From positions 1 to 27,400 of the forward strand of contig JBLIRP010000053.1 of assembly GCA_049472355.1 (NCBI GenBank): a stretch of 27,400 nt of DNA, in the 5' to 3' direction. The position numbers and the translations under genes are program-made. The stretch is from a bacterium. GTDB lineage: Bacteria > SZUA-182 > DTGQ01 > JAFGSM01. Positions 1-9,364 of this stretch are shown here, one piece after another. How positions within the stretch are numbered: position 1 is the first letter of the stretch; the number at the start of each line of letters is the position of its first letter. Under the pieces are notes generated by a model. The model worked only from the letters and a program-made list of their open reading frames with translations, was not told where the DNA came from and searched no databases.

Positions 1-1
1 C

Positions 2-244
2 GTCGAAGAGCAGGATGTGGGGATATACTGGGGACCGGGACGTGAATCCGTGAACATAAAGATCGACTATTCCTATCCGGTGGACCTCCTGATCTTTCGC
101 TACAGCCGGCAATACAGCTATGAGGTCGACAAGAGGCTTTCATTTCCCAAAAGGATGATCGATCAGACCAATGAACGGCTGCAGGGGAGCCAGCACCGCA
201 TGCTCGAAAAGGCCCAGAAGGCACGGGAGAAGCTGGAAGACTGA
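2..244 (+). CDS. 3' end of a hypothetical protein, truncated by the window edge
   Basis: Frame is open from base 2 (VEEQDVGIYWGPG...) to TGA at 242-244; next gene starts 8 nt later on the same strand. Confidence 0.6.
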   Translation, partial: VEEQDVGIYWGPGRESVNIKIDYSYPVDLLIFRYSRQYSYEVDKRLSFPKRMIDQTNERLQGSQHRMLEKAQKAREKLED

Positions 245-252
245 AAACGGGA

Positions 253-954
253 ATGACAGAGGACACCGTTACCATAGACTACGAATTCAGGCTCAGCAAC
301 GGGATCCGGAAACAGTTCACCATCCGCCTGACCAGCCCGTCCTTCCACCTGGTCGGGGCGAACAGGAGCGCATACCCGCGGTGGACACGACTGGAATACC
401 ACCAGTGCCCCAACTGCCCCTTGGATGCCCGGCAACACCCCTATTGCCCCATTGCGGTCAATATGACGGAGGTCATCGAGTTTTTCAAGGACTATGTGTC
501 ATCGGAGGAGGCGGAAATCAGCATCTACACCCAGGTACGGGAATTCCGCAAATGCACCAGCCTCCAGGAGGGGCTCAGCTCGATCATAGGGGTGTACATG
601 GTATCGAGCGGGTGCCCCATCATGGATAAGCTCCGGCCCATGGTCTTCACCCATCTCCCCTTCGCGACAACGGAGGAGACCATGTACCGCGCCGCCTCCA
701 TGTATCTGCTCGCCCAGTATTTCCTTCAAAAAAAGGGGAGAAAACCCGAATGGGAGCTCAAGGGGCTTGTGGAAATCTATAACAGTATCAATGAGGTGAA
801 TCACCACTTCCACAAACGGCTCCTGGGCATCAATCCCAAGGACGCCAGCCTCAACGCCCTCTTTCACCTGAACTGCTTTGCCGCAATCACCACCATGTCG
901 ATCGTGGACGACTGCCTGCAGGAACTGGAGGGACTCTTTCAGGCATACCTCTAA
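253..954 (+). CDS. Conserved hypothetical Cys-containing protein (DUF6901-like)
   Basis: 233-aa ORF with WTRLEYHQCPNCPL...CP and SGCP..LRPM..HLPFA motifs that I recall from DUF6901 proteins; host-like codon usage. Confidence 0.7.
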   Translation: MTEDTVTIDYEFRLSNGIRKQFTIRLTSPSFHLVGANRSAYPRWTRLEYHQCPNCPLDARQHPYCPIAVNMTEVIEFFKDYVSSEEAEISIYTQVREFRKCTSLQEGLSSIIGVYMVSSGCPIMDKLRPMVFTHLPFATTEETMYRAASMYLLAQYFLQKKGRKPEWELKGLVEIYNSINEVNHHFHKRLLGINPKDASLNALFHLNCFAAITTMSIVDDCLQELEGLFQAYL

Positions 955-1001
955 CCGCATCCCTGCGCGAGGCGTCCTCCCCTTCGGATACCGTGGAGAG
1001 G

Positions 1002-1445
1002 CTATGCCTTCTTTTTCTGCGACCGCTTCATCCGGTACTCGGCGAGCTTACTACCGAGCTTCATCTCCTTGGCAAGCTTTCTCCTCTTGGCGGTCAACGA
1101 CTTTGCGGTCAACGCCTGGCCTCCGGGAATGCCGTATTTTTTCTTGTACTCCTTGGGGGTAAGCCCGTGGGATCTCAGATGCGACTTGGAAAGCTGTTTG
1201 AACTCCTTACCGCACTCACAACAGATGATCTTGTTCCTCTGAATAGACGATCCCGGTTCAATGCAGGGCTTCTCCCCTTCCCTTCCCTCGGCAGCGCCCG
1301 TGAGGAGGGTCTCCTCATCCCTGATATCCTTGAGGGTGACATACAATTTTCGCAATGAATCATTGATCTCTTCAGCGTTCATATTGGTTTTGGATGCCTG
1401 AGCAGTTACAATCTCAGCCGCCATCTCTACCAGGCCCTTCGGCAT
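1002..1445 (-). CDS. MucR/Ros family zinc-finger transcriptional regulator
   Basis: N-terminal AAEIVTAQ oligomerisation segment and IICCECGKEFKQLSKSHLRSHGLTPKEYKKKYG zinc finger; AGGAGGG RBS upstream. Confidence 0.92.
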   Translation of the reverse strand: MPKGLVEMAAEIVTAQASKTNMNAEEINDSLRKLYVTLKDIRDEETLLTGAAEGREGEKPCIEPGSSIQRNKIICCECGKEFKQLSKSHLRSHGLTPKEYKKKYGIPGGQALTAKSLTAKRRKLAKEMKLGSKLAEYRMKRSQKKKA

Positions 1446-1768
1446 GTGTGCTTCCCTCCTTGCTTTTGGTTACCGGTTAACAACATAATCTCTATAACTA
1501 TATAGATAAAATTAAAAAAATCAAGTTAAGCAGGATACCTTTATCAATTTTCATTGTGAACCTCACCTGCGAGAACCTTTCAGTGATTCTCATTGTGAAA
1601 CATTAGCCCGGCGATATGAGCAGACTTGCCTGCTCAAAATGATGCAATGCAGCAATCGGAATTGAGTAAATACTTGTTCACCGGAAAGAGGCACATAGTG
1701 CAGACAGTCATGACGCAGCGCATCCCGTTGCCGGGATGAAACCGAATAAAAGGGCGGCGATCAGGCCA

Positions 1769-2587
1769 TTACCGGTAGTGGAAGAAGGCGCGGGCATCGG
1801 CGATCTCCACATGGAAAAAACCCAGGAAGATATCACAGCGCATCTGTACGGGGATCCGCCGGGGATCATCCGAAAACCAGATAAAGACATCCCCCTTCCG
1901 GTTGAAGATCCCCTTGGTCAGCATGATAATCTTCGTCTTCCACGCAGGGATCGACTCCCCTTGGAGGCTGAGCGTCTCCCGTTTGAGCACCTGGATCGCC
2001 AGGAGATACTCCTTGCCGTCATCGAACACGCGGATGTTATAGGAGCCGCCCTCTTCGAAGGGGAGGGTGCGGGCATAGTACAGGGCCGAGAGCACATCGT
2101 GGGTGTGCCCCTCCAGGTTGAAATAGGCGGGCTTTTCATTCCGGTCGATGTACTCGACCAGACGATTCTCCCAGTCGAAGGTGATGGTCTTCATCTTGAG
2201 GTAATCCGTCTCCTTGATATTCGCATGGAAAAAATAGGAGAATCGATAGTTCGGATCAAAGGAGGTCTCGATCCGGTCCTCCACATCGATCCCCAGCACC
2301 TTCATCCAGTCCGCGGATCTGGCGATCGCCCGGGCGGTCAGCACCCGGGTATCGTCCTTGTAGGTGCCGGGTGCAAAGGTCAACTGTGCGGAGCCGGCAT
2401 TGATGAAATTGGACCATCGCACCGTATAGTTCAACTCCTCGTTGAGAAAGGGGAGTCGGGAGGGCCGAAGGTCCCCGGGCGCGTCCACGCCGGGTTCGGC
2501 CCAGGCGATGGCGGGCAGGCAGGCAACGGCGAGCCCCACGGCAAGGATCAATACGACGATGACAGCCACCTTCTGTGTCAGATGCAT
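1769..2587 (-). CDS. Exported DUF3108-like beta-strand protein
   Basis: Start moved to ATG 2587 (GGAGAG RBS), giving a signal peptide ending AWA. Motifs EELNYTVRW, DVLSALYYAR and IWFSDDPRRIPVQ are typical of DUF3108. Confidence 0.8.
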   Translation of the reverse strand: MHLTQKVAVIVVLILAVGLAVACLPAIAWAEPGVDAPGDLRPSRLPFLNEELNYTVRWSNFINAGSAQLTFAPGTYKDDTRVLTARAIARSADWMKVLGIDVEDRIETSFDPNYRFSYFFHANIKETDYLKMKTITFDWENRLVEYIDRNEKPAYFNLEGHTHDVLSALYYARTLPFEEGGSYNIRVFDDGKEYLLAIQVLKRETLSLQGESIPAWKTKIIMLTKGIFNRKGDVFIWFSDDPRRIPVQMRCDIFLGFFHVEIADARAFFHYR

Positions 2588-2628
2588 CACCTGCTCTCCA
2601 TCATCCGTGAGCCCGTTGTGCCGCCATT

Positions 2629-4827
<2,199 letters not shown>

Positions 4828-5201
4828 GGCCGAAACACCCGGTCAAAGGACCTCCAAAAGTCGATATAATGGATAGAACGCGCAGGATACATGGTAGGCG
4901 GTGATCCCGGTTTTGTCAAATTCCGGTGACCTTCTACGGGAAAATTTCGTTGATCTGTCGTAATAGCTCAATATGATGTGGGACACCCTCCAGCACCATA
5001 TTGAGCACGTACGATTCATATTTATTTATACGGAAAGTTGAATTATAATCGTTCGGGGAGCTGATCCACATCTCGCATTTCAACATCACGTGAATATTTC
5101 ATGGCAACAATTATCGATTCCTCGATCCTCATGGACATGAGAGGAATATATATGCAATCCGTTTTTGAGCACCAACACACCGCAAGGGAGGGGTAAACAC
5201 G

Positions 5202-6512
5202 ATGACCAGCATCGAGGGCCTGGACCCGAAACTTCCGCTGATCCAAAATGCCGGCCTTAACGGCAAGATCGTCCTGGTGCGCGTGGACCACAATGTGGTC
5301 AAAAAGGGCGTCATACGGGACCCCTACCGCATCGATCAAACCCTCGGCACACTCTACAACATTGTGGAACGAGGTGGTAGGCCCATCCTGATGACCCATG
5401 TGGGGCGCCCCAAGGACAAAAAGACCGGAAACATCACCATAGACGAAAAGGACTCGGTGGAGCCCATTGTGGAGTATCTCGAACACAAGCTCCACACCAC
5501 GTTTTACATCCCCACATTTACCACCGATCCCGAAAAGGGGATACTGGGCATCGACACCTCCATCAACCTCGCCATCAAGGATTTGAAGAGCCGGAAGATC
5601 GGGGGCATCTACCTGCCCAATACCCGATGGTTCCAGGGCGAAGAGGCCAAGGACGAGAGCAGGGAGCGGTTCACCCTGCAGCTTGCAGGGCTTGCGGACG
5701 TGTTCGTGAACGATGCGTTCGGCTCCTGGCAGAGTCACGCCTCGACCTGTGACATCGCCAAGCGCCTCCCCTCGTATGCCGGGTATCTCATGCAGCAGGA
5801 GATCCTCAATCTGAATCACGTGCTCAATCCCCAGCGTCCCTTCCTGGCCGTGGTCGCCGGGGCGAAATATGACACCAAGATCGGCCCCCTGCACGCCCTC
5901 TATGAAAAGGTCGACCACCTCATCCTGGGCGGGGTGATCTACAACACCTTCCTGTGTGCAAAGTACGGCATCAAGGTCGCCGGCGTCGCTGACGAGGACA
6001 TCCAGGCAGCCAGGGATCTGGTGGAACGGGACAAGGTCCAGAAGAAAATCCTCGAACTGCCCTGCCTGGTGGAATCCGATACCCTGGAGGGGAAGGTTCC
6101 CGGCAAGTACCGCACCGTCTGTACGGATGATTTCAAGGCCGGCAAAAACTACGGCTACTTCCTGGACATTGACCACACCTCCTTCGACAAACCCGAGGTT
6201 CTCGACGTGATCACCAAGGCGAAGACCATCTTCGTGAATGCGGTCATGGGATTCACGCCCCACTTCGCCGAAGGCTCCGAGGCGCTGGATCAGACCATCG
6301 ACATGAACAGGGATGCCATGAAGATGTACGGCGGGGGCGACACGCTCCAGGAGTTCAAGAACCTCTGTCCCGGCTTGTACCTGGCCGTCCTGGACAGCAG
6401 CCAGTACTACTTCTTCACCGGTGGAGGCACGGTGCTGAAGGCGATCGAGGAGGGCACCGCCTACGGTCTGAAGCCGGTGGAAATCCTCTTGACCAATGGG
6501 AAGGGAGCCTGA
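5202..6512 (+). CDS. pgk: Phosphoglycerate kinase family protein (divergent subfamily)
   Basis: RVDHNV, THVGRP, FVNDAFG, GAK, GGGDT and TGGG motifs in PGK order; GGAGGGG RBS. Confidence 0.88.
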   Translation: MTSIEGLDPKLPLIQNAGLNGKIVLVRVDHNVVKKGVIRDPYRIDQTLGTLYNIVERGGRPILMTHVGRPKDKKTGNITIDEKDSVEPIVEYLEHKLHTTFYIPTFTTDPEKGILGIDTSINLAIKDLKSRKIGGIYLPNTRWFQGEEAKDESRERFTLQLAGLADVFVNDAFGSWQSHASTCDIAKRLPSYAGYLMQQEILNLNHVLNPQRPFLAVVAGAKYDTKIGPLHALYEKVDHLILGGVIYNTFLCAKYGIKVAGVADEDIQAARDLVERDKVQKKILELPCLVESDTLEGKVPGKYRTVCTDDFKAGKNYGYFLDIDHTSFDKPEVLDVITKAKTIFVNAVMGFTPHFAEGSEALDQTIDMNRDAMKMYGGGDTLQEFKNLCPGLYLAVLDSSQYYFFTGGGTVLKAIEEGTAYGLKPVEILLTNGKGA

Positions 6513-6586
6513 GAGAGATACGGGTGCACATCATAGCCGCGGGGTATACCCTGGCCTGAGGGAATTCGTTTCACTGCCCGCTACCC

Positions 6587-6615
6587 TTGCAAGCACGGCC
6601 CATTAATGCTATAAA
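6587..6615 (+). promoter_or_regulatory. Putative sigma70 promoter of tRNA-Arg
   Basis: TTGCAA-17 nt-TATAAA with a TGn extension, about 35 nt upstream of the tRNA. Confidence 0.55.
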
Positions 6616-6649
6616 TCATACCTGAACCTAACAAAGGAAAAGTCTTCGT

Positions 6650-6726
6650 GCGCCCATAGCTCAGATGGATAGAGCGACGGACTACGAATCCGTAGGCCAC
6701 AGGTTCGAATCCTGTTGGGCGCACCA
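6650..6726 (+). tRNA. tRNA-Arg(ACG)
   Basis: Acceptor stem GCGCCCA/TGGGCGC, anticodon arm ACGGA-CTACGAA-TCCGT, GGTTCGAATCC T-arm, encoded CCA. Confidence 0.97.
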
Positions 6727-6739
6727 TGAAATCAAAGGA

Positions 6740-7070
6740 TTACAAAACACCGCTTCTTTCAAAATCCAAAATTGTAACGGTTTTTGTAACGGTTTTTTGT
6801 AATTTTAAGTATTCAGCCTGCCTCTGCGCCGCCTGTTTCAAGTCCGATGCACTCACGATATTGTAACGGTCAAAAACAGACCGAGTCTTATGTCCGATAA
6901 TCATCATTGCCACTCGCTCATGCACCCCGGACCGGACCATGTTCCTTGCCGCCGTCCGCCTGAAATCATGGAATAGCATTATGGAATAGCATTTTGCCAA
7001 TCCCAGCACGCTTGCAGGCAGTATCCCACGCCTTGTCAAAATACCGTATCCTCCCGGTTCCCTCTTTGTT
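6740..7070 (-). pseudogene. Tyrosine integrase C-terminal remnant, frameshifted
   Basis: Catalytic motifs [12 protein letters not shown] and DRYNIV are present. A 13-bp tandem duplication (6968-6993) breaks the frame; removing one copy restores [24 protein letters not shown]. The N-terminal part is absent. Confidence 0.88.
6772..6795. repeat. Tandem 12-bp direct repeat TTGTAACGGTTT (candidate integrase arm-type sites)
   Basis: Copies at 6772-6783 and 6784-6795, with another TTGTAACGGT at 6861-6870. Confidence 0.6.
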
Positions 7071-7309
7071 CCGCTCCGCCCTCGTCATCGGTAATTTTCT
7101 CTACGTCTGTTAACTCAAAGTGCTTCTGGAATGCCTCGATTGTGGCAGACTCGTTGGAATGGATCTGGTAATTCATGACGATCCCCCTTTTCAAAAAGGG
7201 GAATCTTTGGGTAGGATGTTTAATAACCGATCACGGTAGGCTCCGCGTTTGGCCGTGACGGCCAGATCGCCGTTGAGTACGCGAACACTCGCGGGGATCG
7301 CTTTATAAC

Positions 7310-8020
7310 TTATTTCTTCTTCTCTTTAAAAGTCTTTTCAAACTCTTCCAACATTTTTAGATGAGTATCTGAATCAAAAGAAGATTTTGTCTGAAATGTT
7401 TTCTTTTTGATACCTGTCTTTGTTCTTGGCTCGATTACCAATTCTTTGGGAGAAAGCGTTATACTTTCATTTTGGAGAAGATTAAGATCAGGCTTGAATT
7501 CGACAGTAAACCTCATATTTTTGGGAATGATTTCAAGAAAATCATGTTTAAGGCGAGGTGCAAAGTTTTTATTAATAAAATCGATAAATTTCTTTGAGTA
7601 AACATCCATGAAATCAACATCCAAAATCACAACACAGAAAGTCTCATCCGTTTGATAAACAGCATCATCAAAATTGAAGGACTGTTTTGGGTCGAATTTT
7701 ATAATATCTTCTTTAATTTTGTCACGAACTTGTTCCAATACCTGAGTGGTGGCTTCGCACTCCAAAATAATCTTTCTATCTTCAAATTGAAGCGTGTGAA
7801 CAATTATCATTTTATCTTCAAAATTGAATTCTCCACCATGAAAAACTATCAGTTGAGGAGCTGAAGGCGAATAAAGATCAGTGGGCATTTCTTGCTTTTT
7901 AAATTTATACTTCTTAACAATATGATTGATAAAATCAGGACGCATCAAGTGACTATAAGGTATATAATCATTAGGGAAAATTATTATTCTTGTTGTAACT
8001 AATTGTAATATATCTTTCAT
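7310..8020 (-). CDS. Hypothetical protein, third gene of the hicAB operon
   Basis: 236-aa AT-rich ORF with AGGAG RBS, starting 22 nt after the hicB stop. No recognised motif. Confidence 0.8.
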   Translation of the reverse strand: MKDILQLVTTRIIIFPNDYIPYSHLMRPDFINHIVKKYKFKKQEMPTDLYSPSAPQLIVFHGGEFNFEDKMIIVHTLQFEDRKIILECEATTQVLEQVRDKIKEDIIKFDPKQSFNFDDAVYQTDETFCVVILDVDFMDVYSKKFIDFINKNFAPRLKHDFLEIIPKNMRFTVEFKPDLNLLQNESITLSPKELVIEPRTKTGIKKKTFQTKSSFDSDTHLKMLEEFEKTFKEKKK

Positions 8021-8042
8021 TTGGTTCTCCTGTATTTATTAA

Positions 8043-8678
8043 CTATACCGCGACATCTTTTTCTGAATTTACATCAATAGAGCTTTGACTTCTTGGCCTT
8101 ACCAAATGTAAGTCGCGTTTAGTTGGCGCATCCAACGGGGGAAAACGATATTCGATATATGCAGCCGTTCTTGAGTCGGCGATAAATGCAGTTGATACAT
8201 TTTCTTTTTCAATAAATTTAACACCTTCTTTTAACGGTCGAATCTCGTCTCTCAACTGTCTTATTTCATCCAATATTTCTTGGTCACGAGTTTCGATTCT
8301 CTTCCGCTCGTATTCTAAGGTTACTTCTCTTTCTAATATTGACTTAACATATTGATTGAGACTTAAGTCATTTGCCTTAGCTTGCTTGGCTAAAATCATG
8401 TGCAATTTAGTAGGAATTCTCAATAGAAATTTCCCGCTAAAATCATCTTCAGAAACAGGCTCAGGTATAGGCAAATTTCTTTTAAGGCAGGCCCGTAACC
8501 AGATATCTTTTGCCTCCTGTAATTTCTCCCATGCCTCTTCACGAGTCTTCCCCCACGCAGAACACCCAAGGAGATCGGGTATTTCGGCATTATACCGGAT
8601 TTCGCCTTCGTCAGTTTTGTAAGGCTCGATCGTAACAGGATAAGGCAAACTCAAATAATATCTTAGGTTCTTTGTCAT
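8043..8678 (-). CDS. hicB: HicB family antitoxin with RHH domain and long C-terminal extension
   Basis: YNAEIPDLLGCSAWGKTREEAW...IPEP HicB core, then SGKFLLRIPTKLH...SLNQYV ribbon-helix-helix; ATGA overlap with the upstream toxin gene. Confidence 0.9.
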   Translation of the reverse strand: MTKNLRYYLSLPYPVTIEPYKTDEGEIRYNAEIPDLLGCSAWGKTREEAWEKLQEAKDIWLRACLKRNLPIPEPVSEDDFSGKFLLRIPTKLHMILAKQAKANDLSLNQYVKSILEREVTLEYERKRIETRDQEILDEIRQLRDEIRPLKEGVKFIEKENVSTAFIADSRTAAYIEYRFPPLDAPTKRDLHLVRPRSQSSIDVNSEKDVAV

Positions 8679-8947
8679 TGCTCCTCCCTTGCCTCAAAAG
8701 CGTTTATAAATCGTATCGCTTTTTTTCTATCTTCTTTCGATACAGTTTTTTCGCGGCCATGGGGTTTATGTACCGTTAAAGGCGGTAGACCGCTTTTTAC
8801 AAAAGCGACAGCCGCTCCTGCGCGTTTCTCGTCCTTCTCGAAACCATAGTGTTTTGTTAAGACTTTCACAAATAAATTCCATGAAAGCGTATAATTATAA
8901 TTTGAAAAATTCTCTATAGCCTCATCAAATCTCTTATTTTTGGACAT
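8675..8947 (-). CDS. hicA: HicA family toxin (mRNA interferase)
   Basis: 90-aa basic protein with YGF...G..VAF...LTVHKPHG pattern, translationally coupled to hicB. Confidence 0.8.
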   Translation of the reverse strand: MSKNKRFDEAIENFSNYNYTLSWNLFVKVLTKHYGFEKDEKRAGAAVAFVKSGLPPLTVHKPHGREKTVSKEDRKKAIRFINAFEAREEQ

Positions 8948-9056
8948 TTATGGTAACGTGCTCTAAAGTAAATTCATATTGCAGATACATATCCCATCCC
9001 TTTATTTGTGCAGATTTAATTGCTATTTCGGCATTTTGATCGCAGAACTTTTTAAC

Positions 9057-9085
9057 AAGATACTACATATGATATCAATTGTCAA
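9057..9085 (-). promoter_or_regulatory. Putative sigma70 promoter of the hicAB operon with a palindromic spacer
   Basis: Minus strand TTGACA-17 nt-TATCTT; TGATATCA palindrome at 9070-9077 lies within the spacer. Confidence 0.65.
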
Positions 9086-9266
9086 TGTATAGCTCCATTG
9101 GTGTAGCTCCATTGGGTACTTATTGATTTCAGAATAAAAAAGATAGCGGGGCACATTACCCTCGTTCGATCCCGTTCCTGTTGAATTCGACAGCAGTTGC
9201 AGCGATTTCCAATGATATGCGATCAGGGCCCGGCTGCAGGACGAAGTTGATGCGAAAGGCTTTCAC

Positions 9267-9340
9267 GTGGATATTCTATGCGATACATCAAGCATATTGA
9301 TGCTATTGCGGATCGCTCCAGACATGTTTATGGACCAATG
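9267..9340 (+). pseudogene. Possible N-terminal fragment of a PIN-domain protein
   Basis: MDILCDTSSILML resembles the PIN-domain start (hhhDTS); the frame then runs antisense into the kinase gene. Confidence 0.3.
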
Positions 9341-9364
9341 TATGTTCAGTCCAGGGGCTTCCTT

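Larger units (their letters stand above)
6727..9350. mobile_element. Decayed genomic island or prophage remnant at tRNA-Arg
   Basis: Integrase remnant abutting the tRNA 3' end, an abrupt AT-rich segment (~7300-9140), a toxin-antitoxin operon and gene fragments. The right boundary is approximate; no att duplicate was found. Confidence 0.75.

Noticed and set aside
7221..7278. Possible integron attC site (AAC...GTTGAGT)
   Set aside because: The left core does not fit RYYYAAC, the orientation is opposite to the adjacent gene, it is single-copy, and the integrase is not IntI-like.
9160..9190. Possible second att copy of the tRNA-Arg 3' end (GTTCGAT...CCTGTTG)
   Set aside because: The match is short and gapped and lacks GGCGCACCA.
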